Part shown: piece by piece, positions 27,430 to 35,603 of the stretch
How positions within the stretch are numbered: the first letter of the stretch is position 1
Layout of the letters: each line of letters begins with the position of its first letter
Origin: Candidatus Omnitrophota bacterium
Lineage (GTDB): Bacteria; Omnitrophota; Gorgyraeia; Gygaellales; Profunditerraquicolaceae
Direction: 5' to 3'
Assembly (NCBI GenBank): GCA_018822885.1
Contig: JAHJJA010000018.1
Location: 1 to 52,450, forward strand
Length of the DNA stretch: 52,450 nt
Made by a program: the position numbers and the translations under genes
Notes under the pieces: generated by a model
What the model saw: only the letters and a program-made list of their open reading frames with translations
Told to the model about the DNA's origin: nothing
Databases searched by the model: none

Positions 27430-27511
27430 TGGGCGGAAGAGGATTTGAACCTCCAAGGGTTTCCCCAATAGCTCCTAAGGCTATCGCGTATGCCAATTCC
27501 GCCATCCGCCC
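27430..27511 (-). tRNA. tRNA-Leu (anticodon UAG), class II with a long variable arm
   Basis: Minus strand reads GGGCGGA-UG-GCGGAAUUGGCAUACGC-G-AUAGC-CUUAGGA-GCUAU-UGGGGAAACCCUU-GGAGG-UUCAAAU-CCUCU-UCCGCCC-A. Confidence 0.93.
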
Positions 27512-27560
27512 GGCTATCTTTCCTCTACCGTCTAACTTTGTTACTCTTGGCTCTTAATTT

Positions 27561-27578
27561 ATGAGCCTCCCGAGACTC
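27561..27578 (-). repeat. 18-bp exact direct repeat of the tRNA-Lys 3' end
   Basis: atgagcctcccgagactc occurs at 27561-27578 and again at 27680-27697, overlapping the tRNA-Lys 3' end. Confidence 0.9.
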
Positions 27579-27651
27579 CTCCGACGCTCGCTTACGCTCG
27601 GTCGGAGTCCCGACCCCCCGACTCTCACTTCGTTCGGTCGGGGCGTCGGGA
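27579..27651 (-). other. Two GC-rich hairpins in the Lys-Leu tRNA spacer
   Basis: Hairpin 27579-27607 (minus strand: CUCCGAC-C-GA-GC-GUAA-GC-GA-G-C-GUCGGAG, a GNRA tetraloop on tandem GA). Hairpin 27608-27651 (UCCCGAC-G-CCCCGAC ... GUCGGGG-G-GUCGGGA). Both are closed by a 7-bp helix, 27664-27670 with 27570-27576. Confidence 0.6.
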
Positions 27652-27680
27652 GAACTCTTTGTCGTCTCGGCTTCGTTTAA

Positions 27681-27753
27681 TGAGCCTCCCGAGACTCGAA
27701 CTCGGCACACGCGGCTTAAAAAGCCGCTGCTCTACCGGATGAGCTAGAGGCCC
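27681..27753 (-). tRNA. tRNA-Lys (anticodon UUU)
   Basis: Minus strand reads GGGCCUC-UA-GCUCAUCCGGUAGAGC-A-GCGGC-UUUUUAA-GCCGC-GUGUG-CCGAG-UUCGAGU-CUCGG-GAGGCUC-A. Confidence 0.95.
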
Positions 27754-27806
27754 AGATTTACATGCATCCCTCTAGCATACTCCTTCCTCTATGTCATGCG
27801 GGAGGA

Positions 27807-27820
27807 GAGCTAGAGGCCCA
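27807..27820 (-). repeat. 14-bp direct repeat of the tRNA-Lys 5' end
   Basis: gagctagaggccca occurs at 27807-27820 and again at 27741-27754. Confidence 0.85.
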
Positions 27821-27823
27821 AAT

Positions 27824-28387
27824 TTAAAATTCCAGTATCTCTTTCTCTTTATTCTTCAAGAGCTCGTCAATCTTAGCAATATATTTATCGACAAGTTTCT
27901 GCAATTCTTCAATACCGCGAAATTTATCGTCTTCAGAGATGATCTTATCTTTCTCCAGCTTTTCAATGTGCTCCTTGGCATCTCTTCTGATTGTGCGAAG
28001 CGATACCCTGCCCTCATCCTCAGACATCTTATGCACAACCTTAGCAAGTTCCTGACGCCTCTCTTTGGATAAAGGTGGTAAAGATAATCGGATAACCTTA
28101 CCATCATTAGAGGGATTTATCCCAAGGTTTGACTTCATTATCGCCTTCTCGATCTCCGGGATCGCGGTTATATCCCACGGCTGGATGACCAAAAGATGCG
28201 CATCAGGAGCGGAAATCGATGCCAACTGTTTTAATAAGGTAGGGGTTCCGTAATAATCAACGTGCATCCCTTCTACTAAAGTAGGGCTTGCCCTGCCTGT
28301 CCTGATTTCAGAAAATTCTCGAGCCAGAGATTCTAATGTTTTCTTAAATTTATCTTCTGTGCTATGTAAAATCTCTTTGGCAGTCAT
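27824..28387 (-). CDS. frr: Ribosome recycling factor
   Basis: 187 aa. Typical RRF sequence (IRTGRASPTLVEGMHVDYYG..., LSEDEGR). Confidence 0.92.
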   Translation of the reverse strand: MTAKEILHSTEDKFKKTLESLAREFSEIRTGRASPTLVEGMHVDYYGTPTLLKQLASISAPDAHLLVIQPWDITAIPEIEKAIMKSNLGINPSNDGKVIRLSLPPLSKERRQELAKVVHKMSEDEGRVSLRTIRRDAKEHIEKLEKDKIISEDDKFRGIEELQKLVDKYIAKIDELLKNKEKEILEF

Positions 28388-28419
28388 AGCTACCCCCCTT
28401 TTTTTGCTACATCATTAAA

Positions 28420-29142
28420 CTACCTGACGACTGTTCCTATCTTCTCGCCTAAGACAACGCGCTTAATATTGCCTTCTTTATTCAGATTAAACACCACGAT
28501 GGGCAATTTATTATCCATACAAAGGCTTACTGCTGTGGCATCCATAACCTTTAAGCCCTTTTTCAAAACATCAATATACTTAAGCTGACTGAACCTTTTA
28601 GCGCTTTTTACTTTCATGGGATCAGCGGAATACACCCCATCGACTTTAGTCGCTTTCAGGATCGCATCCGCGTGTAACTCCATGGCCCGCAGGGCCGCGG
28701 TCGTATCAGTGGTAAAATACGGATTTCCGGTACCGGCGACAAATATCACAACCCTGCCTTTTTCTAAATGACGTATAGCTTTTCTTCTGATGTACGGCTC
28801 TGCGATACGCGCCATGTCAATCGCCGTCATCACGCGCGTTTCCATCCCCATTTTCTCGAGAACATTTTGCAGAGCGAGACCGTTAATCACTGTGGCAAGC
28901 ATCCCCATGTAATCAGCCACGGACCTGTCCATATCTAATCCGCGCGAGCCGGTGTTCTCCTGCCCTCGGCAAATATTACCCCCGCCCAGAACTACCGCTA
29001 CATCAACGCCCAGCTCCCTAATCTCGTTTATCTGGCGCGAAATAGATACCAGAAAAGCGTGATCTATACCGTGAGCCTTCCTGCCTTGCAGCGCTTCACC
29101 GCTTAGTTTAAGGACGATCCTTTTGTAAATCGGTTCGCTCAT
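28420..29142 (-). CDS. pyrH: UMP kinase
   Basis: 240 aa. Shows [19 protein letters not shown] and [11 protein letters not shown] motifs. Confidence 0.92.
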   Translation of the reverse strand: MSEPIYKRIVLKLSGEALQGRKAHGIDHAFLVSISRQINEIRELGVDVAVVLGGGNICRGQENTGSRGLDMDRSVADYMGMLATVINGLALQNVLEKMGMETRVMTAIDMARIAEPYIRRKAIRHLEKGRVVIFVAGTGNPYFTTDTTAALRAMELHADAILKATKVDGVYSADPMKVKSAKRFSQLKYIDVLKKGLKVMDATAVSLCMDNKLPIVVFNLNKEGNIKRVVLGEKIGTVVR

Positions 29143-29666
29143 TATTCTCCGATCTTATAACGCATAAACCTGCGCACAAATATATTCTCGCCTAGTTTTG
29201 AAACAATGGTACCCAGGTAATCATTTATGGTTATAGCTGGATCCTTAACAAAAGGCTGCTCCATAAGACAATGCGCCTTGTAATATTCATCCTTATTTTT
29301 TTCCTGATCGATGATTTCACCGGGCACATCTTCCTTCTTCAGGTAAGATGGATTGCAGGCAGCTATATGCATACACAAATCTTTTGTGAACTGACAGAAA
29401 TCGGGATTGCGCGCTACAAAATCAGATTCACAATTCACCTCAAGCAACACGCCAATTTTATTCCCAAGGTGCACGTATGCCTCAACCCTGCCCTCCTTCG
29501 CCGCCCTTGCCTGTTTCTTCGCCGCTATCTCAAGCCCGTGTTTACGCAAAAATTCGGCTGCCTTCTTCAGGTCTCCACCGGTATCTTCCAACGCCTTTTT
29601 GCAATGCGCCACGCTTGCCGAAGTCATATGTCTTAATTCTTTTATCAGATCGACTGAAATTGCCAT
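29142..29666 (-). CDS. tsf: Elongation factor Ts (short form)
   Basis: Start moved to the ATG at 29666 ([42 protein letters not shown]). [13 protein letters not shown] motif. It starts 2 nt after the rpsB stop. Confidence 0.88.
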   Translation of the reverse strand: MAISVDLIKELRHMTSASVAHCKKALEDTGGDLKKAAEFLRKHGLEIAAKKQARAAKEGRVEAYVHLGNKIGVLLEVNCESDFVARNPDFCQFTKDLCMHIAACNPSYLKKEDVPGEIIDQEKNKDEYYKAHCLMEQPFVKDPAITINDYLGTIVSKLGENIFVRRFMRYKIGE

Positions 29667-29667
29667 T

Positions 29668-30570
29668 TTATTTAACCTTCCTTGTCCTTGAATGATTGTC
29701 AACGCCAGGCTTTGCACGAGCCTTTTTTGCTGGATGCCCGGCCTCATCAACAGGCGCCTCGGTCTCAACTATTTCCTCGATTTCCTTTATCTTTACCTCT
29801 TCATCAGGAAGAACCGCAGCCTCGAGAGCACTTCCTTCTTTTTTCTCTTCCTTAAGAGTTACCCCCTCTTGAGAAAGATAAGAGAGGAATTTCTTTCTTC
29901 CTTCTATAATAGTATCCGCCAACACCGAGGTGATCATGCGGATGGATTTAGTAGCATCATCGTTGCCGGGAACAGGATAGGAGATCAAATCGGGATCGGA
30001 ATTCGTATCGATAAGCCCGATGATAGTTATCCCCAGGCGGTTTGCCTCCCGCACCGCGGTCTCCTCCTTTTTGGTATCCACGACAAACATCGCCTTAGGT
30101 AAGCGCTCCATCTGCACGATACCGGAGAAATTCTTTTTTAATTTAGTCGATTCTTTCTCAAGGCGGGCAACTTCTTTCTTGGTCAATTGAGAAAATGTCC
30201 CGTCTTCACGCATCCTGTCAATGTCCTTAAGACGGCTGATACTCTTCTTTATGGTAGCCATATTAGTAAGAAGTCCTCCCGGCCACCTTTCAGTCACATA
30301 ATACATGCCGCAACGTACCGCTTCAGCCTGCACTACCTCCTGCGCCTGCTTTTTAGTGCCGACGAAAAGCACGGCCTCGCCTTTTGAAGCGATATCCATT
30401 AAATAATCGCGCGCATTATTGACGCACTCTTCGGTCTTCTCAAGGTCGATAATATAAATACCGCTTCTTGAGCCAAAAATAAACTTTTTCATCTTAGGGT
30501 TCCAGCGTTTAGTCTGATGCCCAAAATGCACTCCTGCTTCCAACAATTGCTTGATCAGTTCTGATGGCAC
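29668..30570 (-). CDS. rpsB: 30S ribosomal protein S2 with a C-terminal charged extension
   Basis: 300 aa with a GTG start preceded by GGGAGGAG. Shows [19 protein letters not shown]. The last 70 aa or so are E/K-rich. Confidence 0.92.
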   Translation of the reverse strand: MPSELIKQLLEAGVHFGHQTKRWNPKMKKFIFGSRSGIYIIDLEKTEECVNNARDYLMDIASKGEAVLFVGTKKQAQEVVQAEAVRCGMYYVTERWPGGLLTNMATIKKSISRLKDIDRMREDGTFSQLTKKEVARLEKESTKLKKNFSGIVQMERLPKAMFVVDTKKEETAVREANRLGITIIGLIDTNSDPDLISYPVPGNDDATKSIRMITSVLADTIIEGRKKFLSYLSQEGVTLKEEKKEGSALEAAVLPDEEVKIKEIEEIVETEAPVDEAGHPAKKARAKPGVDNHSRTRKVK

Positions 30571-30647
30571 TTCTATCTCCTCCCATTACGTTTTAAGCAT
30601 ACGGCCTATGCCGATCCGGCAAAAGCTGACCATACAGGGTAAATATT

Positions 30648-30748
30648 TCCCCTTAATATTAACGTTTTAGCATTTTTGCTAAGCAAAACGGCGGGGACTG
30701 GTTTGGCTTGACAGCTTATGCTTACCCTTTGCTCCATAAGCTATGGCC
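30648..30748 (-). repeat. Bipartite hairpin element family 2, copy Z (more diverged)
   Basis: Hairpin A at 30705-30748 (GGCCAUAGCUUAUG-GAGCAAAGGGUAAG-CAUAAGCUGUCAAGCC). Hairpin B at 30648-30697 (UCCCC ... GGGGA enclosing CGUUUU/AAAACG). Confidence 0.65.
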
Positions 30749-30797
30749 CTAATAAAACAAGTTTTATAAGTATAACAAATTTTCTGGATTATGCAAC

Positions 30798-32588
30798 CTA
30801 TTTTTGCATTTCTTGCATAGAACAAAGTATCTTGTACAAACCACCCTTATCCAGCAACTCCCCATGTGTACCCTGCTGGACGATCGCTCCGTGTTCCAAG
30901 ACCATGATCTTATGCGCGCTTCTAACTGTTGAAAGCCGGTGCGCGATCACAAACACTGTTCTACCCTTAATAAGGCTATCCAGGGCCTCCTGTACTATAC
31001 GTTCTGCCTGTGTATCAAGCTGGGAGGTCGCTTCATCAAGTATCAAAATAGGAGGATTTTTCATAAGTGCGCGGGCAATAGCTATCCTCTGACGCTCCCC
31101 GCCGGAAAGCTTCATCCCCCTGTCGCCAATAAAAGTATCGTAACCTTGAGAAAGATGCTGAATAAAATCATGGGCATGTGCCTGGACCGCGGCCCTTTCA
31201 ATATCTTCCTGCGAAGCAATATTGCTGCCATAAGCGATATTAGCCTTGATTGTATCGTTAAAAAGGATCGTCTCCTGGGTGACAATACCGATCTGCTGGC
31301 GCAAAGAATTAAGGCTTACTTCCCGGATATCCATTCCATCGATCAAAATCCTCCCCTTTTTAGGGTCATAAAAACGCGGGATAAGATCCACTAAGGTCGA
31401 TTTTCCGGAACCGCTTGGGCCCACAATCGCCAACATCTGGCCTTTTTTCACTTCAAGGTTTATATTTTTCAGTATTTCGTGATGGCCGTAGTTAAACCAA
31501 ACCCCCTCAAAAACAACCTTATCCTTAAAATCCCCCAGCTTGCCAGCTGCGACCTTATCAACAACAGTAGGATCGGTCTCTAAAACCTCATAGATCCTTT
31601 CGCTGGCTGCCACTGCCTGCTGATTTATGGAATTGACCTGGCTTAATTTCTTAAAAGGCCTGATCACCGATAATAGCGCGCCCAAAGAAACACCGAAAAC
31701 ACCGAATGATATTTTGCCTGAAATAATATCCTTACTGCCCCAGAAAAGGATTATCGAAGCCGCTAATACGCCCACGATCTCGGTAATAGGGCTTAGCATC
31801 AACAAGCGCTTGATGGATTTTATGGAGATCTTGTAATAATCATAGTTGACGTTGTTGAATTTGCCGACTTCATAATCCTCCATATTAAAGGCCTTGACAA
31901 TGCGAGTGCCGATAATTGTCTCATAAAGCAAAGAGTTGATATCCGCCATCTTCTCTTGCGACCTTTTTGAAAGCTTGCGCAGCACCTTGCCCACTTTTAT
32001 CATCGGCAAAGCAATCAAAGGCACAAGCAGAAAAGTCACCACCGCTAACTTAAAATTCAGGAAAAACGTAATAAAAAGAAAAATGATCACCTGGGCAGTC
32101 TGATAAACCAGGTCGGTAGAGCCGTAAGAAACCGCATTCTCCACCAATTTTACGTCATTCGTAATACGCGAGATCATCTCCCCGCCGCGTTTTTGAGTAA
32201 AATAATCAAGAGAAAGTGTCTGAAGCTTGGCGTAGAGCTTATTGCGGATATCCTTGACCACGTGCTGGCCGATATTAGACATAAGATAAGCCTGAAAATA
32301 ACCGACAATCCCCTTTACAATAAAAAGCGAGATAATACCTAAGATCATATAGTTTAAAAGCACGCCTTGCGGGGTATTATTAATTTTATCCACAAGATAA
32401 TTCACAAATGCAGGCATTTTCGCCGGTATTATTATCTTTTTATTGGTGAATATCTTATCCGCAAAGGGGATTATCATACCCAGCGACACCCCGTCAAAGA
32501 TAGCCGAAAGCACCATAAACAACGAAGCTAAGGCGAACATGCCCTTATAAGGCTTGACAAATCTTAGTAACTTTAAGTAATCCTTCAA
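30798..32588 (-). CDS. msbA: ABC transporter, fused permease/ATPase, MsbA-like lipid A exporter
   Basis: 596 aa. Six-helix TMD followed by Walker A GPSGSGKST, LSGGERQR signature and ILILDEATS Walker B. Sits next to lpxB. Confidence 0.7.
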   Translation of the reverse strand: MKDYLKLLRFVKPYKGMFALASLFMVLSAIFDGVSLGMIIPFADKIFTNKKIIIPAKMPAFVNYLVDKINNTPQGVLLNYMILGIISLFIVKGIVGYFQAYLMSNIGQHVVKDIRNKLYAKLQTLSLDYFTQKRGGEMISRITNDVKLVENAVSYGSTDLVYQTAQVIIFLFITFFLNFKLAVVTFLLVPLIALPMIKVGKVLRKLSKRSQEKMADINSLLYETIIGTRIVKAFNMEDYEVGKFNNVNYDYYKISIKSIKRLLMLSPITEIVGVLAASIILFWGSKDIISGKISFGVFGVSLGALLSVIRPFKKLSQVNSINQQAVAASERIYEVLETDPTVVDKVAAGKLGDFKDKVVFEGVWFNYGHHEILKNINLEVKKGQMLAIVGPSGSGKSTLVDLIPRFYDPKKGRILIDGMDIREVSLNSLRQQIGIVTQETILFNDTIKANIAYGSNIASQEDIERAAVQAHAHDFIQHLSQGYDTFIGDRGMKLSGGERQRIAIARALMKNPPILILDEATSQLDTQAERIVQEALDSLIKGRTVFVIAHRLSTVRSAHKIMVLEHGAIVQQGTHGELLDKGGLYKILCSMQEMQK

Positions 32589-32628
32589 CTTTCATTCCTC
32601 CTAAAGAAACGGTATTTTATCATATTCA

Positions 32629-32657
32629 TTGACTTTTGTCGAGCCATTTGCTATTAT
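32629..32657 (+). promoter_or_regulatory. Candidate sigma-70 promoter giving a leaderless or near-leaderless transcript
   Basis: TTGACT (32629-32634), a 17-nt spacer, then TATTAT (32652-32657). The ATG at 32664 follows 6 nt after the -10, with no Shine-Dalgarno sequence. Confidence 0.5.
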
Positions 32658-32663
32658 TTTTTT

Positions 32664-33590
32664 ATGCATAAACTAAAGGTCGGGGTGATTGGAGTAGGAC
32701 ACCTGGGCAGTATCCACGCCAGGATATACAAGGAGATCCCGAATTGCCAATTAGCGGCAGTTTGCGATATCAATAACGCTCACCTTCATAAAACCTGCAA
32801 CGAACTAGGCGTACCGGGCTTCTCGGATTACCGGAAACTTTTTGATCAGGTAGACGCGGTAAGCGTTGCTGCCCCCACCAACCTCCATCATGATATTGCG
32901 GCAGAATGCCTCACCTATAAGAAACACTGCCTTGTTGAAAAGCCTTTTACCACAACATTGGCCGAAGCAGATTCCCTGATAAAATTAGCCAAGAAAAATA
33001 AGCTTATCCTTCAAGTCGGGCATATCGAAAGATTCAATTCGGCATTTGCAGCCACAAAAGAGCTGATCAAAGAGCCTAAATTTATCGAATGCCACCGTTT
33101 AAGCCCCTTCCCACACCGCTCCTTGGATGTCGGGGCTGTGCTTGATATAATGATCCATGATATCGATATAGTCCTGGGCTTGGTGCGCTCAAAGATAAAA
33201 AGGGTCGAGGCTGTAGGAATCAATGTACTCACCCAATTTGAGGATATCGCCAATGTGCGCATAACCTTTGCCAATCACTGCGTGGCAAACCTCACCGCAA
33301 GCCGCGTATCAGATGAATGGATGCGCAAAATACGCATCTTTCAGGAAGATACCTATATATCGCTTGACTATAAGGAAGCCAAAGCCTCGCTTTACCGTAA
33401 AGAGGGAGCGCAAATCTCCAAACAGGACCTGCCCATTGAAAAAGAACAACCCCTGCAAAAAGAACTGCAATCCTTTGTTACTTGCGTCCTGGAAAACAAA
33501 GAACCTCTTGTGTCGGGTCCGGTTGCCAGAGAAGCGCTTGGTTTAGCATTAAAAATCCAACATCAAATATGGCTGAAAAACAACTGCTGA
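32664..33590 (+). CDS. Gfo/Idh/MocA-family NAD(P)-dependent oxidoreductase
   Basis: 308 aa with the N-terminal KVGVIGVGHLGSIH Rossmann motif and EKP motif. Confidence 0.8.
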   Translation: MHKLKVGVIGVGHLGSIHARIYKEIPNCQLAAVCDINNAHLHKTCNELGVPGFSDYRKLFDQVDAVSVAAPTNLHHDIAAECLTYKKHCLVEKPFTTTLAEADSLIKLAKKNKLILQVGHIERFNSAFAATKELIKEPKFIECHRLSPFPHRSLDVGAVLDIMIHDIDIVLGLVRSKIKRVEAVGINVLTQFEDIANVRITFANHCVANLTASRVSDEWMRKIRIFQEDTYISLDYKEAKASLYRKEGAQISKQDLPIEKEQPLQKELQSFVTCVLENKEPLVSGPVAREALGLALKIQHQIWLKNNC

Positions 33591-34699
33591 TCGTCTGCGG
33601 CGAGGCCTCCGGAGACCTTAATGCCGCAAACCTTGCCAGGGAAATCCTAAAATCAAACTCCAATATCAAGATCTTTGCGGTTGGCGGACCTCAGCTGGCC
33701 CAAGCCAGAGCCGAAGTCTTCTATGACATAAAAGAACTCTCGGTCATCGGACTCTTTGACGCGCTCAAAAAACTACCGAAATTCCTGGGACTTAAGAAAA
33801 TCGTCCTTGATAAAATTAAGGCTGTTAAACCGGATGCGGTGATTTTCGTGGATTTTTCAGGTTTTAACTTGCGCCTTGCCAAAAAAATCAACAACTCCTT
33901 GCCTACTATCTACTACATCAGCCCGCAAGTCTGGGCCTCAAGGCCGGGTAGAATCAGAACAATCAAGAAATACATCTCTAAGATGATCGTGTTATTTAAG
34001 TTTGAGGAGGAATTTTATAAAAAATTCGATATGGATGTAGATTGCGTAGGGCATCCGCTTTTAGATATCGCGAAATCAACCATGAGCCAGAAAGAACTAA
34101 CGCTAAATCTTGGTTTTTACGATAATAAAGTCACAATAGCCCTATTGCCGGGCTCGCGCAAACAAGAGATCCGAAAGGTGCTCCCTGTCATGTTAAAAAC
34201 AGCTTCGCTTATCAATAAAAAACGGGAAGCCCAATTTGTAATCGCTAAATCCCCCCAGGTCGACTGGGAGGTCTATAACCAAATGATCAAAGATCATCTT
34301 CCTGAAGCAAAGATCGTCGAAGGAAGGACTTATGACTGCTTGAACATCGCTGATTTTGCGCTTGTGTGTTCCGGCACCGCGACACTAGAAACAGCTATCA
34401 TGCAAAAACCCTTTGCCGTAGTCTACAAAATGAGCCTATTAAATTATCTTTTGTACCGGCCACAGGTAAAGCTGCCTTATATAGGTATGGTAAATATTGT
34501 GGCAGAAAAAGAGGTCGTGCCGGAATTTATACAGTTTAGCGCAACCCCTAAGAAAATAGCGGATAAGACATTGGAAATATTAAGCGACCCCAAAGCACTC
34601 CAGCAGATCAAAAACAGCCTCGCCCAAGTCAAAGCCTCACTCGGAGAAAAAGGCGCCTCCTCCCGCGCAGCAAAAATCATCCTGGATTTCCTGAAATAG
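33569..34699 (+). CDS. lpxB: Lipid-A-disaccharide synthase
   Basis: Start moved to the ATG at 33569 (MAEKQLLIVCGEASGDLNAANLA...), the canonical LpxB N-terminus. It overlaps the upstream gene by 22 nt. Confidence 0.88.
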   Translation: MAEKQLLIVCGEASGDLNAANLAREILKSNSNIKIFAVGGPQLAQARAEVFYDIKELSVIGLFDALKKLPKFLGLKKIVLDKIKAVKPDAVIFVDFSGFNLRLAKKINNSLPTIYYISPQVWASRPGRIRTIKKYISKMIVLFKFEEEFYKKFDMDVDCVGHPLLDIAKSTMSQKELTLNLGFYDNKVTIALLPGSRKQEIRKVLPVMLKTASLINKKREAQFVIAKSPQVDWEVYNQMIKDHLPEAKIVEGRTYDCLNIADFALVCSGTATLETAIMQKPFAVVYKMSLLNYLLYRPQVKLPYIGMVNIVAEKEVVPEFIQFSATPKKIADKTLEILSDPKALQQIKNSLAQVKASLGEKGASSRAAKIILDFLK

Positions 34700-34722
34700 T
34701 TAGCCATATTTCTTAGTAACAA

Positions 34723-34896
34723 TCTTCTGTCTTTGCTTCCGTCACAAAATTTTTTGCCGTCTGCTTCGGTTTACGGCTCGTTCTCGGATAGCCTCTCCCA
34801 ACATTGGGGACCTCCACTCGCCGTAATCCCTCGCAGACCTGTTTCTAGTACTGGAGATGACAAAAAATTAAATGTGCCGTCAGCAAAAACAGAAAA
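34723..34896. repeat. Fold-back repeat family 1, copy B
   Basis: Collinear with 266-446. It lies between the convergent genes lpxB (+) and the 216-aa hypothetical gene (-). Confidence 0.8.
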
Positions 34897-34922
34897 TTGT
34901 TACTTGAAGATAAATATAGCTA

Positions 34923-35573
34923 TTAACTAATCTCCTGCTCAAGCTTACTGACTAGGCTTGAGATTTCTTTTAGGAGTGGCGCGGGTAATAGCTTGAGGGT
35001 TTCGGCTTCCTGCCTTATCGACTTTAGAGACCCGATCAATCTTCTGACCATAGCCAGCCTCTTCTTCTCATACGCTTCTTCTGGCTCTAGTTCTTGGCGC
35101 TGGCGTATCATGGAAGTCAGGTCCTTCTTTACTTCGCGAAAGTCTTTGCCTTTTTCAAAAATCTCTTTTTTTAAGCTTTCGTAATCATGGTTATCTAACT
35201 TCTTATTCTTTGCCGTGCGCAAGACATCAACTGACTCAAAAGTCGGTACTGTAGCCGCATCGCTAGATGCGATATAATCACTTTTTAAATATTGCGGCTC
35301 CTCCTTCTCTAAGAAGTAATACGAGCGCAGAAGTTTCATCGCTGTTTCTTTTCTTACTCCCACCTCTTTAGCAGTATAAATATCAAAGGCGCTGTAACCC
35401 CACTCTTTATAGATCTTGTCCTTCCAAACCGAATAAAGGGCCTGCCCCAATTCTATCCACGAGGACTTAAAATACTTAGCATTCTCAAGGATCTTATAAC
35501 GCAAAGACCCAGGTTCTACTTCCTGCATTTTTTCTTCAATATTCTTAAGGGATTTTGTCTTGTGGGTATCCAT
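34923..35573 (-). CDS. Hypothetical protein
   Basis: 216 aa, charged and helical, with an AAAGGAAA RBS. No motif I can name with confidence. Confidence 0.55.
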   Translation of the reverse strand: MDTHKTKSLKNIEEKMQEVEPGSLRYKILENAKYFKSSWIELGQALYSVWKDKIYKEWGYSAFDIYTAKEVGVRKETAMKLLRSYYFLEKEEPQYLKSDYIASSDAATVPTFESVDVLRTAKNKKLDNHDYESLKKEIFEKGKDFREVKKDLTSMIRQRQELEPEEAYEKKRLAMVRRLIGSLKSIRQEAETLKLLPAPLLKEISSLVSKLEQEIS

Positions 35574-35603
35574 ATTAATTTTCCTTTCAAATCAGGGGCA
35601 GTT

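Noticed and set aside
27375-27710. ORFs 27375-27557 (+) and 27525-27710 (-) in the tRNA cluster.
   Set aside because: They read through tRNA-Leu and tRNA-Lys and the GC-rich spacer hairpins. They have no RBS and a biased composition.
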